A stretch of 24,203 nucleotides of DNA from Trichonephila inaurata. Lineage: Eukaryota. The notes under the pieces were generated by a model. That model did not search any database. It was not told where the DNA came from and worked only from the letters and a program-made list of their open reading frames with translations. A program made the translations under genes and the position numbers. How positions within the stretch are numbered: position 1 is the first letter of the stretch; each line of letters starts with the position of its first letter. The stretch spans positions 49,952 to 74,154 of the forward strand of contig BMAV01009759.1 of assembly GCA_019973955.1 (NCBI GenBank), in the 5' to 3' direction. Shown piece after piece: positions 10,266 through 22,236 of this stretch.

Positions 10266-11330
10266 TTGATCTATTTGAATATGGGGCGTTAAGATTTGGT
10301 GAAGGAATAGTAGTCTTCATTATGCAATGATTGTTTTTTGCTTAAATTATGTATAATTCTTATCAGCTAAGATCATAAGTGGTGTGCATTAATATTTCAT
10401 AAGTTATATGTCTTTTGATCATTGTGAAAATTTTCCGTACTTACTAGATGATATTTCTCTCTCAGTAATATCTTCTCACATATGGACAATTTTCACTGAA
10501 ATGAAAAAAAAAAATGTATTCACAATGAATAATCCTAATCGATGTTCTGATTACCTTCTGTCCATAGAATGCAGAACAAAATTATGTAGAAACCTTTACT
10601 GCTTCTTTTGTTTGATATTGCATTTGCATAGTTTTCTAGTGATCTTTTATTTATTTCTGGAATAAAAATTTAAATGCTTTGAGTGATACAGTTATGTCTC
10701 AGTTATTTTGAGTTGTTAATTTTCTTTATCTCGCATTCTGTTTTGCTTTTTGTAAAAGCTTCATCCAGTTAATCAATTTTTGTTTTGCTGTTCTTAAAAA
10801 CTTGGATGTTTCAGTTTTAGTCAGATAATTAAAAGTCATGTTTTTCTAAATAAATTATGTACTATTATAATAAACGGATTAACAATTACCGACATAAAGA
10901 TTATGTTTGTAGGTTATCGATTACATTTAATATGAATTTATTTTATATTTATTAATAAAAATTAGCAAAATAAGACAATTACCAAGCATAAGTTTTGAAA
11001 TTATTTTATTCTTATACAGTTCTTTATGGTAACAATTAATTACATGTGAAAGAAAAAGTTTTCTTTTTCAGTTAAAAAGTATCTAATATTCTTTTATAGC
11101 TACATTTTTCATTTAATTATATTTAATTCTTTAAGAAACATTCTGTCTTTGAATGTATCATGTATTTTGTTATGTATGCTATCCTAACTCTTTTTACATT
11201 TTCAATTTGCTTGTTATTGAGGGAAAATATTTGTTTTTTATTTTAATGTGTAAGGCTGTATCTTATTTTTTATAGTTTAATACCTATATCCTTACTCATG
11301 ATATGTTATTAATTAAGCTCCCTTTACTAG

Positions 11331-11427
11331 ACTTTTGCAGATTCCAGATTAACGGATAAATCTCTCCCTTCAGCTTTAAAAAAAGTTATGGTGAAATGTT
11401 TTGCTAAATTTGATGAATATCAGTTGG
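11331..11427 (+). CDS. TEP1: TEP1-like TROVE exon: TFADSRLTDKSLPSALKKVMVKCFAKFDEYQL(A)
   Basis: The acceptor is the AG of ccctttacTAG| at 11329-11330. The downstream cag| acceptors would break the phase inherited from the previous exon. Donor TTGG|GTATGT at 11428. The peptide aligns with human SLAEGDKNKLVPLPACLRTAMTDKFAQFDEYQLAKYN. Confidence 0.8.
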
Positions 11428-11526
11428 GTATGTAGTAATTTTATTTAGACTATCTAAAAAAATTTAGTAACTATTCAAGAATATTTCGCAAATGAACTAA
11501 ATTTTTGTATAACTATGTTAAAGTTT

Positions 11527-11548
11527 AATATATATATATATATATATA
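11527..11548. repeat. (TA)n microsatellite
   Basis: tatatatatatatatatata, directly visible in the intron. Confidence 0.9.
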
Positions 11549-11634
11549 CAAATTTCTGAGTTTTTTGTGATATGTTTCTAGTAATTTTTTCTATCAATAC
11601 AGATCTATATAATCCATCAAAAATATTTTTGTAG

Positions 11635-11743
11635 CAAAATACAATCGGGAGAAAAAAGCAGAAGGTTACACATTGAAGCAACTTATTAGGCTTCTGCATC
11701 TAAAATCACCTGCAAATGAAATAATGTGTCTTCTTGGAAAAAA
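11635..11743 (+). CDS. TEP1: TEP1-like TROVE exon: (A)KYNREKKAEGYTLKQLIRLLHLKSPANEIMCLLGK(K)
   Basis: Acceptor atatttttgtag| at 11627-11634 and donor AAAAAA|GTAAGT at 11744. The g+ca junction gives Ala, completing EYQLAKYN. It matches human ..FTLKKLVQRLHIHKPAQHVQALLGYRYP. Confidence 0.85.
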
Positions 11744-12625
11744 GTAAGTCTCTAATAATTTAATTTTAATTCAAGACCTAAATTTTACCCTTTGATGTTA
11801 CACATATATAATAGCAATATAAAGTATTAAAATTCTGTTCTTATATAATTTTCTCAAAATCTTAATTGGGAATGCTATTTTTCTAAATACCAGTCGTATT
11901 TCATTTCATGTGTTAAAAGAATGAAACTCTGTATTTCAGTGGATTTTTTCGCGATTCTTGGAAAAAGAATATCTTAATAGCTTACATGTGCCTTACCTTT
12001 AGTTTTTGTGTGGTGCCAAACATTTTCCTTAAATTACTTACGTAATTTCTAAAAATAGCACACATTATAACGTTTTTATATATATTTGTCTGTGTATTTC
12101 TCTGTCTCTGAGCATTTCGGAATTCTTCTCTTTCTTAGCATGGCCTGTACTTGCTAAAGTTCATGTAACGGCTGCTCTCTTTCCTGTGTTTGAAATGTGT
12201 AAATAAATTCTGAATTTCTTTTTGGCTGTGTCTCTTTCCATGACTACATCCAATAAAAAAGAATTCAATATATATATAGCTTTCATAAACAATCAATCTG
12301 TTTAGACTTTATTATGAAGTTGTTCTGAAAAAAAGTTTCGCATTTACTTAATTGCAGTCTTAGCACTTATCACATTTCTTTCTTGTGGGTTTTTAAATAA
12401 AATAAAAAAACAGTATCTTTCTGAAATAGAATCATTTTTAATTCTTGTTTGTTAATTTAACTCGAAATTTAGCTTTTAAAACTTGAGGAAGTTGTAGAAA
12501 GATTCATTTCAATCGTAATTTTTTTCCTTCCTAAATTGCTAGTTATGTATTTTTATTAGTTAAAATACCTTCCCTTTTTTTTACTTAAAACATAAAAGTT
12601 TGATAATATTAGTAGTCAAAACTTT

Positions 12626-12733
12626 TGTGTGAAGTGGGAACATATTTACAATTTCAAACACAATAAGCAAATCTAATATTGTGTGAAGTGGGAACATATT
12701 TACAATTTCAAACACAATAAGCAATCTAATAAT
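12626..12733. repeat. Tandem duplication, 2 copies of about 53 bp (tgtgtgaagtgggaacatatttacaatttcaaacacaataagcaa(a)tctaata)
   Basis: Two nearly identical direct copies begin at 12626 and at about 12680. Confidence 0.85.
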
Positions 12734-12879
12734 AAAAAATTAGCTTAATTTTTTTCATGGTACAATCTTTTCTGATTTTCATATTTTTTGAATTATTAAA
12801 TATCACTTTACTAGATTTTTCAGAACTCCCCCCTCTGTGACTCTCTTTCTATAATTACTTTATATTGCATTTTACATAT

Positions 12880-13100
12880 TTCTTAGAGGCGGGAGGCCCC
12901 TGACCACCCCCAAGGTGTTCTCTCTCAAAATTGGGGGGTCGGGTTGGGGAAACCAAGCTAAATCGTTCTGTCACCTGTATGATGCTCAAAGCTACGGCTA
13001 ATGACAGGCGTCACTTAGCCCTTTGTCATGATGAATTTCGTGGGCCTTGGTCTGACCTTTGCCGATCAGGTGGTATTAGTAACAACAACAACATATTTCT
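12880..13100 (+). other. GC-rich island in an intron, candidate SINE-like retroposon or unknown ncRNA
   Basis: Sequence: gaggcgggaggcccctgaccacccccaaggtgttctctctcaaaattggggggtcgggttggggaaaccaagc... The composition differs sharply from the surrounding intron. It shares the GGCGGG(G/A)GGCCCC motif with positions 71-90 and has a degenerate GGGTT..G..AACC T-arm-like segment. Confidence 0.25.
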
Positions 13101-13257
13101 TGACATAAATGCTTCAAATCATATTAAAAAAGTGTTTTTCATTTCATTTTCATAGATGTTTATTGAAAATGCTATGTGTCTGTTTATATTTCATACATAA
13201 TTTAATATGAATTTTCATCTTAAGTTAAATTTTTCTTCACTTGTAATTTATTTTAAG

Positions 13258-13415
13258 ATACCCAGAAACTGCCGAAGTTTTTAGAAAAAGTGGATTGCCT
13301 GGAATTTGGGAGCATAAGAGAGCTGGACAACGGATGAAATTGCCTACTCCTGAAACATGGGAAACACAAATATCATCTCATGGAAATAAGGCTTGTGTTT
13401 GGGAAAAATTGATAG
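13258..13415 (+). CDS. TEP1: TEP1-like TROVE exon: (K)YPETAEVFRKSGLPGIWEHKRAGQRMKLPTPETWETQISSHGNKACVWEKLI
   Basis: Acceptor aatttattttaag| at 13245-13257 and donor ATAG|GTATAG at 13416. The match to human YPSNLQLFSRSRLPGPWDSSRAGKRMKLSRPETWERELSLRGNKASVWEELI is nearly diagnostic. Confidence 0.9.
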
Positions 13416-15099
13416 GTATAGTTGGTGCATTTATTTGCTTTGGTTAAAAGTCAGGATTATTGTGAAACTGAGAAATCCATTTGAATGTATTGGGTAAGAG
13501 GTTCATGTGAAAGACAAAAATTATAGCTATATAATAAACACTTTAATTCTATTACAATTAATGTAATTTTCATTAAATCTTAAATAAATCATAAACTATT
13601 TTTAACATATTATTTGGAACCCAAGAACAATGCTTATATATATTTCTTTAAAAGAGTTGTCCTTTTTTAATTTAACTATTCTTTAATAGTATAACTCATA
13701 GATGCTGTTGTGGGCAATTTCTTCTTTAGCAAGAATGCTCATGTTAAATGTTCTTTTTCATTTTAAATACTCTTAATCTTGTTTACAACTTGTTGAAAAA
13801 GTTGGTAGAGAAAGATCTGAATTTTTGTAATTCTCTATTATTAAATTGCCATTTGAAAGTCGACATGATTTTAATGTTTTCATTAACATGGGGATAATTT
13901 ATAAATGACAGATAAGGAAATTGAAACTCGCATTTTAGAATATGATTAAGTTTCTTTACATTGCTGTTATTTGCAAAAAATATTAGAAGAAATTTAACAT
14001 TGTGCTTAAGGATAAAGTTTTCGTTTTTAGCAATTTTTATTGCAATTTTATACTAAATTAATTTTTTAGGTGGATAAACCTTTAACACCTGATATCTTTA
14101 GATTTTAGTAGTTTTTTCCCCCCTTTCTCTCTTTTTGACGTATACAGTTCTTCAAGGTCTTCAACTTTTTTCTTTTTAATTCAAAAAGAGAAGTTTTGTT
14201 GGTAGTCATCTCATATTTTATATAATAGCTAAATTTAGCTTCTTGCTGTAATTGTTACCTTTTAGAGCTGATTTTAGGAATAATTTGTAACAAATAAAAT
14301 ATGCCCTAGAACTTTTAAAATATTAGAACAGTAACTATGAGGATAATGTCATCTTGAATAAAAAAAATCAAATTTTAACTGTAAAATAGGCCTTATAAAC
14401 TGATGTCATTATTTTTAATTATTGCCATTATTTCGATTATAAGTTTTAGGGAATCTAGTACCTCAGTTATTCAAAATTCTTTGATTCTGATGAAATTTTC
14501 CTTACTGATTAAAAATTTAAAAAAATGTACTGGATTATGATACTTTAATCTTTAGTTTTGAGGACTGTTAAAAATAGCTTATCTGAATATCCAAAGATTT
14601 TAGTACATTACAATTCTGTATTATGTAGTTTTTCAGCTGTTTTAGATTTCTAATTGGATTTAATTGAGATAATTTGTTATAGAATATTTTAATATCATAA
14701 ACATGAAAATGTATGTGTACCATATTTCTTAGATTAATAAGTAAACATTCCATTTAAGTACTTTCCTCCTATTAGTCTTAGTATGTTTAACATTTCAAAA
14801 AGAAGAGAGAATTATTGGAGAAAAGAAAGTTATGTTCTAATACAGTCATAAATTAATTTTATTAGATGAATGAATCAAGTAAAAGGAGAGTTATAATTAA
14901 AGTGGAAATTTCAAAGAAATATGTGTCTTGGAGATAAATAATTTGTACTTTTATTCTTTATTTATTTTGTATATTGTCTTTCATAACATGTGTTATAAAG
15001 GAGAGTTTTGGGATTTCATTAAATTTCAATTCATTCTGTATCAAAATTATATGCTGCTGTGTTTGTCAAATATATGGTATTTATTACATTTGAATTTAG

Positions 15100-15209
15100 A
15101 TAATGGTAAGCTTCCGTACATGGCAATGCTACGGAACTTGAAAAATTTAATATTATCAGGCCTTTCCCAAAAGCATCATGAAAAAGTGCAAAAGCAGTTG
15201 GAGAATAAA
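15100..15209 (+). CDS. TEP1: TEP1-like TROVE exon: (D)NGKLPYMAMLRNLKNLILSGLSQKHHEKVQKQLENK
   Basis: Acceptor acatttgaatttag| at 15086-15099 and donor AAA|GTAAGTTAG at 15210. It matches human ENGKLPFMAMLRNLCNLLRVGISSRHHELILQRLQHAKS. Confidence 0.9.
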
Positions 15210-15795
15210 GTAAGTTAGAATTTTTGGATTTACTCTGTGCAAGTTAAGAATAAACATTGTACCCCTTTAATTGTTATATTTGTATATAATTCTCACATTT
15301 TTTAAAAATAAAATCAGTTAAAAGTTTTGTGATCAGCTTATTCTTTCCTGGGAATGTATTTTTCTATAAGGAACAAATGCTATTAAAGGCGTGGAAATTG
15401 TTTATGACAGTATAAATATTTAAAATTTTAGGTATGTGATGTAAATATTAAAATCAAGTTCAGTTAAAAAAGTTCCTTTCTTGAAAGTTAAAAAATATGA
15501 ATTCATCTTAATAATCTCTTGGTTTTGTTTGATACTTAATTGGAGATTTTAGTATTTTAAATTTTCTAAAATTTAGTATAAATTTTTAAGCATGTTAATG
15601 ATTATATATCAAAATGATATGATTTTTTTAAACCCTTAGTATTACGTGCATTTTTGTTTAATTTTTATGTTCCTCATATTGTTATAGTTATATTATTTGT
15701 GTATAATTTTATTAAGTATCTGATGAATCTTTGACTTTTAATTTGTATGTTTTTAGTCTTATTTTCAAATGAATGTTTTTGTTTACTTGAAATAG

Positions 15796-15950
15796 ATTGC
15801 TGTGATAAAAAGTAGGCAGTCACCTCTTCAGTTTTATGAAGCATTCAAAGTTCTTACTTTAATTGAAGATATTTATCATGGAAACTACAGAGGATATAGG
15901 TACAGAGATCCTGTATGGAAAAGAAGACGAGAGGAGAAATTAAACGAAAA
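15796..15950 (+). CDS. TEP1: TEP1-like TROVE exon: IAVIKSRQSPLQFYEAFKVLTLIEDIYHGNYRGYRYRDPVWKRRREEKLNE(K). An alternative shorter form ends at 15899.
   Basis: Acceptor acttgaaatag| at 15785-15795. There are two in-phase donors: TATAG|GTACAG at 15900 and AAAA|GTGAGAT at 15951. I chose the stronger GTGAGA donor. The peptide aligns with human SVIHSRQFPFRFLNAHDAI. Confidence 0.7.
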
Positions 15951-16875
15951 GTGAGATTTTATTTTAGTGCATGTTTTGAATTTATCTTTCTTTATATAAC
16001 ATTATTCATAAGATGATGCAGGAAAAAATGCATTTTTGAAAATAATCAATAATTATAGAAATCGAATATTAAGCATTTTGAATAATTTAAAACATAACTG
16101 AGATGAATTTTTATTTCAGAGTGGATACTTTGAACTAAATGTTCAATACCGTTAGTACTTATTTTCAAGAGATTTGTAAGCTTTAAATTACCGAATTGAA
16201 AAGTAGCTGAAATCCAAGTACTTTTCTGACTTTTTAGCTATGCAATTTTATGTTGGGATAAACATTTACAAAATTTTTTTTATCCTAACTTGCAGCTAAT
16301 GATAGTATAATAAATGATTTCCGCTTTTGTTACATACATTTAACTAGCTTTACTATAATTTTAGTATTAATATTTTGCATTCAAGCATAGTAAGATGTAT
16401 CTTGTTATATTTTTGTTATAGTGAGAATATATTTCTAAAATGAGTTAAGTAAAAGTTCATAGTGTAACTGATTGTCCTACTTGTTTAATTCTACATTAAA
16501 ATCTTTTCTTTGATGTTAATCTAACCTGTAATATCAAATTTGCTTCATTCTTTTTATGTTTGTGTTTTTTTTATAATAATGATATAACTAGCTCAAACAA
16601 ATGAAGTATTAAAACGGATTGAAATAAATATTTTCCCGAGAATGAATATTTTTGTTGTGTGCATGTTATACATAAATATTAATTTCCAGAGTTTTATTCG
16701 TTTTTGTTGAGTAAGAGATAAAATCTATGAAGTTTTCACTAAATGTAAATATTTCATTTATAATTAAAAATATTCTGTAAAAATATTTTGTTCTTTTGTT
16801 TATAGTAAAAATGTCCGCAAAAAAAAAATTGCCTTTTTACCAAATACATCCTGAGAAATATGTGTAAGACTAGAA

Positions 16876-16887
16876 CTCTCTCTCTCT
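16876..16887. repeat. (CT)n short microsatellite
   Basis: ctctctctctct, directly visible. Confidence 0.7.
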
Positions 16888-17243
16888 GTGCATGCATGCT
16901 CCTTTTCATATATTGATCTCAAATGGCTAATGTTATAAAAATTCTGGGTACTTTTGTTTAGGAAGAATACTAATATTTTTGAAGAAAAAAGTACTTTTGA
17001 TTGATTTTTACCTTTAGATTGTGAAATTGTATTTTTTCAAAATTTTAAAATATAATACAGCAAATTTTGTCTCTATAATATGAGTTAAATAAAAACGAAA
17101 AAACTTGAGGATATTGTACTTTGGAACATGGAATTTCAAAACAATTTAAATATATAATTTTTATAAAAGAATATGCTTTATAAAAATGTTAGTTTCATTT
17201 TCTGTTTATTTCTTTTATTAATATTTATTTTTTATTTCTTCAG

Positions 17244-17406
17244 GATAAAAAATGTTTCTTTACCTCTGTTTGAAAGTTATAAACATTCTGTGAGTACAGC
17301 TCTAGAAATATCTGCTCTTCATAATTTGCAACCAATCCCAGGAAAAAGTCTGGTTATTTGTGATATTTTATTTCCATCGTCATTGGATGGTAAAAAAAGA
17401 GACAAG
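17244..17406 (+). CDS. TEP1: TEP1-like exon, end of TROVE and start of vWA-like region: (K)IKNVSLPLFESYKHSVSTALEISALHNLQPIPGKSLVICDILFPSSLDGKKRDK
   Basis: Acceptor ttttatttcttcag| at 17230-17243 and donor AAG|GTAAGAAAT at 17407. It aligns with human NRYRQALETAVNLSVKHSLPLLPGRTVLVYLTDANADR. Confidence 0.85.
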
Positions 17407-18361
17407 GTAAGAAATTTTTTAAAGTTATGAAAAATAGTTTAAAATATGTTTTGTGGTGGGATTCTATTATCATGCGCAGATTTAAGCATTCTCTTGTTTA
17501 ATACATATCAGTTTTTAAGTATGTTTGATATTTGTAATGTTTACAAAACCCTTTCTCATTATGACTGTTTAAAAAACTTTGGATATCAAAATGTATTGAA
17601 TTGGGTAAAGAAGCTCTTCATTGTCTGTTATCAAATTTTTTATGTTTAAAAGAAGGGTAAAGAAATCATCTTGGGCCATTTAAAGAAGCTTCCCAGCAAT
17701 ATTAGTCCAGACCCACAAAAATTAACGACCCACCTCTCAGATTAAGAAAAGTTCTCATTTTCAAATAGATGCATAGTTTATACTTTCTTACTTTCTGTGT
17801 ATACTTTAGTCTTTCAGAAACGTAATAAAGTTTGAAATCCCCCTTTTATTTATTTTTCAAAAATTAAACATGACATATAAATACTCTTGTCATTGATAGT
17901 AAATATTGCTACTTTTAGATAATAGTAAAAGAGCATTTTAAAAACCAATTTCTGCAAATTTGGCCTAATGAGCTTTAATCATTGAATTATGTTAAATAGG
18001 AAAAAAGAAAGTGGAATTACTAAGAATAAGCTAATATGTGCAAGTTCAATTTTTTTCTTGTGCAATTCTTTAATTTGTTTTGAAAAACTTAACACTTTTC
18101 CTAACATTCTGGTGGAGGAAAGATTATCTTAATTGATAAAAATAGTCATTGCATACTAATTTTAATATATGAAACATGATACAATGTGATTAATGCTTTG
18201 GTAAGATTTGATCTGCCAAGTTCAAATAAGCGGTTTAATTTTTGAAAAATATGTTCCAATTAGTTTTTAAATGTATGAAAAAGGAAAAATGTGAAAATAA
18301 GAACTTGGAAAAAAAAAATAATAATTTGAAATTATTGAAATATATTTTCAATTTTTTTTAG

Positions 18362-18517
18362 ATATTTAACCTTTCCATTATGATGGGATTGATGTGTTTG
18401 AAAGCTTGTGAAGATTGTAAAATGAATGTAATTTGCGATTCCTTCACGGAAAGAGTTCTTTTAAAGGAAGATCGCACATTTCTTGACTCTATGCAATTTA
18501 CCTGTCTTGATTATGAA
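18362..18517 (+). CDS. TEP1: TEP1-like vWA-region exon: IFNLSIMMGLMCLKACEDCKMNVICDSFTERVLLKEDRTFLDSMQFTCLDYE
   Basis: Acceptor caattttttttag| at 18349-18361 and donor GAA|GTATGT at 18518. The exon is phase 0-0. It aligns with human LNYALLLIGMMITRAEQVDVVLCGGDTLKTAVLKAEEGILKTAIKLQAQV. Confidence 0.8.
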
Positions 18518-19689
18518 GTATGTCATGATATTTTTTTAAGACTCTTATTTGTTATTTCACTTTATAAGAACTATATTTGCTTTAAAATGCTTTTGAACAA
18601 GATACCAAAGTTATATTTAAATATTATCTTATATTTAAACTAAATAACTTTTTTAACTACATTATTAATTCTCATGTTTTCAATGTTGTTAATTTAAATA
18701 TTTACATCATATGAAATGTTTTGAAATATATTATTTAAAATTTAATTCTTAAATATCTGTAACTTCAAATGGCTGTCAAAATTTTTTTGAAAGTATTTTT
18801 GATGAAAATTTACTTGAAAAAATGTATGCATTAGGCAATTTTAGCTGCATCAATGGGTTATTAATCACTTTATATAGTATATAATTCTCTTTATATTGAT
18901 TATACAAATTTGTTTTATATCTGTCTATATCAAAATAAGATTTTTTTAAAGGAATTGGGGTTGTGTGTTTTTATTTTGCCCTTGTGTATTTTTAATGTCA
19001 GGAAATTGTTATTTTTATGGAATTTTTAGTGAGCTATGGAAGAAGCATATATCTTCTTTTAAGTTCAACTTATATTTGTCTACAGCAATTTTTATAATGT
19101 TGAGTGATTGGTTTTAAAATATCTGAAAGTCATCCTGTATTATATATTGAAATGGAAAATGTGATGTGTACTCTATTTAATAGACATAATGAATTCATTA
19201 TCTCTTCTCCAGCAAGTTTAAGCATATTGACTTCTGTACCCTTTGTGTGGGTGCTTGGCATAGTTGTTTTCAGTCTCATTTTCATAAAATGCAATTATAA
19301 GGAAAATAAAAGTAAAAATTTGATAATGTATGAAAAAATGGAAGTATTGTATCATTTGAATTACATGTTGCAATATTTGCAATGTTTATAACAAACTGAT
19401 ACTACCAGATATTTTTTAGGCTGACTTTATTATCTGTAAAAGTTCTTAGCTAAAAAAATTTTGGTAAGACAAGTTTACCAAATAATCGACAAATCTAACA
19501 AAATAATCGACGCTCCAAGAAGGAGTTGCCCGATTGTAATGAAATTTCGTATGCAAAGACATTTAGATAGAGCAAATGATTCAAATTTGGTGTCCAATGA
19601 ACGAATAACGGGAGCTCCAGCACATGGGAACTGCGTTTTGATCAGGTCTATATAACGAGCGATTCTCAATCTGATGGTCAAAATTTCTG

Positions 19690-20706
19690 TTGCATTTCGA
19701 CTGTGATACCCTGCGTTGGTTGTATCAATGCCTTGCTGAAGAATTCGTGCACATTACGAGCAGATGTCAGAATTTGGAAGAGATCGTTCAATCAGATTGA
19801 AAGTGGCTGTTTGAACGAATCAAAAAATAGTTCTACACGTGTGTCGGAAGCGATGTAGTGATTAGACGATGTTAGCTAGAGTGGGTCAACCATGGCAGAT
19901 ATCAGCGTCAGAACGGCTGCGGTCGACCAAGAGCACAATAGAGCGGGAAGAACGAGCGATTGTAAAGCAGCTGTCATAGCAGCATATTCGTCGTTATCAA
20001 CTATCCACGGTGTGACCAGAACACATGTGTCCAACATGACCCTCCACAGACACTTACGATCGCGCTTTCGCTCTCAAGCCTGTACACCGTTAAGTACAAT
20101 TGCAGTTGTGCCGGGCTCGTTTATCGTGGAATTGTGCAGACTTGGGACGTATAGTCTTTAGTCATGAGTCCCATTTCCGACTGTGCCCTGACGAAAACCA
20201 CAGACGTGTTTCGAGACGTCCAAGACAGCGTGGGAATCCTGCCCTGACTATCGCACACCACACAGGTTCTCAACATTGCATTGAGGTTTTGGGTGCCATC
20301 CCTTTTGATAGTCGTAGCCCCTTGGTGGTCATTTATGGTACACTGACAACACAGCGGTATGTTGACGGCATCCTACGGCCTGTTGTGTTATCGCTCCTTT
20401 TGTGGCACCCAGAACTTATTTTTCAGCACGATAATGCCCGACCGCACCCGACACGTGTTGCTATGAATTGTCTTCAAGCTTGCCCTTAACTTCCTTGGCT
20501 AGCTAGGTTGCTTGATCTCTCTCTCATAGAGCACGTTTGGGACGTTATGGGAAGGCACAGCCATACGGAAATGTTGACGATTTAGCCCAATAGTTGGAGA
20601 CCATTAGGCTCGAAATTCTGCAGAACACCATCGGTGAACTTTATTAGTCTATGCCACACCGGGTGGCAACTTACATTCAGGTGAAAGGTGAACCAATGCC
20701 TTATAG
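19690..20706 (+). pseudogene. Tc1/mariner-superfamily (Tc1-like) transposase pseudogene, carrying frameshifts and stops, inside the intron between the exons at 18517 and 22237
   Basis: Across three frames: ..GRPR.. ; VSNMTLHRHLRSRFRSQ (GL.SRRP) ; HESHFRLCPDENHRRVSRRPRQR ; VIYGTLTTQRYVDGILRPVV ; IFQHDNARPHPTRV (the FQQDNAPxH DDE region) ; LPWLARLLDLSLIEHVWDVMGR (WPARSPDLSPIEHVWD). The element boundaries are unclear. At about 19440-19500 the left flank has the direct repeats caaataatcgacaaatc / caaaataatcgacgctc. Confidence 0.75.
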
Positions 20707-22236
20707 ACTTCCTCTCTTTGTATTGGTCAAACTCTGAAATAATCATTCAATTGTTTGGAAATTTTAATAGTTTTTCTATGTATGTTCTCATCCACCAATT
20801 TTTATCGCAGTCAAGCTACTCCTTCTTGATGAGTCCATTTTTTCATTATTGACTATCAATAGGTGATGGTATTAATTTCTTAATATTAATAGTAAAATAA
20901 ATTAAATTAATTTTTAATTTTAATACAGTGCTATACATGTTGTAAAAGTTTAACTTTTTTTCTTGAAACTTTCTCCATGGTAACATTGTTTGAAATAAAA
21001 AGAAAAAAAAATTACTTATTAATTTGAAGTTGTAATAGATTATCTAATTATTATCTTTTTGTTTCCTAAAATAAAATGGAAAAAAAAACTGACCAAAATC
21101 TAAATTTTTTAGTAGCATATTCTTTTCATAATAAAGTAATGTACTCTTCTTGCCATGTTTAAAAGAAATTCGATTCTTAACTTTACAAAAATCATATAAA
21201 AATTACAGTCCTCTAAAGTAACTACACTTTAAACTTTATTAATCTCATGTTTTTGTTGCAAAATTTTATGCAATTCTAAAAATTTAATTTAATTCAGTTT
21301 TAAAAGTTCGTTTTTCCCTTTGTTGTCTAACTTTCACCATATACATCCTCTCCAGATGGAATTACTAAGCTATGAGATAAAATTTTTTGCAGATTTGTTT
21401 TGGGTCTCATTGATCTTCAGTTTGAAAACATAATTGTCTGCATGAAAAGTTAATTGTTGCTTAATGGTTATTCATTATCAGTATTTAATGAGTGTAAATT
21501 AATTCAGAAGGGGTTCTTTTTTGTTGTATTTTGTACACTATTTTGGAAAGTAGATAGACATAATTGGCTTAGAGTGAAAGCTTTGGCTACCCATCCTCAC
21601 TTCTTTGAAAATTTTACTTTTTGATTAAAAAACATAATTTAATACGCGATAAACTTAAATTGTACATTTTTAGTTGTTTTTCTGGTATTTTTTGTGACGA
21701 ATTGAGGATTTGAATCCTGTGCCACTAAAGATTTGCCACATAGGGGACTGTTGCATGCTAAATTTGTTGAGACTGTAAGTTTTCACATTTGACAAGGCTT
21801 GGAAGTTTAAAGAAGGGAATACCTGCTCCAGTTAAGTGTCGTGGAGTGCGTTACTAATAGTCCTCGTGTAGCCTCGAAATAAGCTTTACGTTAATAAACA
21901 ATAAATCGTGTTCGAAACTCTTTTGAGTTTTGCAGGAATATTGCTAAAGTGTAGCTTTCTATTGAAATACTAATAAACAGATTAACTGAAATATAGTCAC
22001 AAGATATTTATTAATTCTTTCTATATATTTTAAGTTCTTTTTTTTCTGAAAACTTCATGTAATTGCTCTATTTTTTTAGAAATATGTGAATAAATCTTAT
22101 ATTAACTGAGCAACTATTCAATTTAATATTTTTATGCACTTTTTTTAGAATATTTACTGCCCTTTGAATTATGTTTCTTATTTCATAAAATTATTTTATT
22201 TATGCTTTTGATTTATATTGTTTCCATTTCTTTTAG

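Noticed and set aside
10408-10665. ORF 10408-10665 (+), 85 aa, between TEP1 exons 6 and 7
   Set aside because: The AT-rich translation (..CFFCLILHLHSFLVIFYLFLE) has no TROVE similarity, and the TEP1 alignment needs no extra residues here.
11328-11330. In-frame TAG that seemed to truncate exon 7 and force a missing micro-exon
   Set aside because: Its AG is the acceptor itself. Splicing at 11330|11331 restores phase and alignment length with human TEP1.
19461-19681. Overlapping ORFs 19461-19655 (+) and 19475-19681 (-)
   Set aside because: They sit in the 5' subterminal region of the Tc1-like element. Neither reads like the transposase or like a host gene, and overlapping antisense ORFs of this size are expected by chance.
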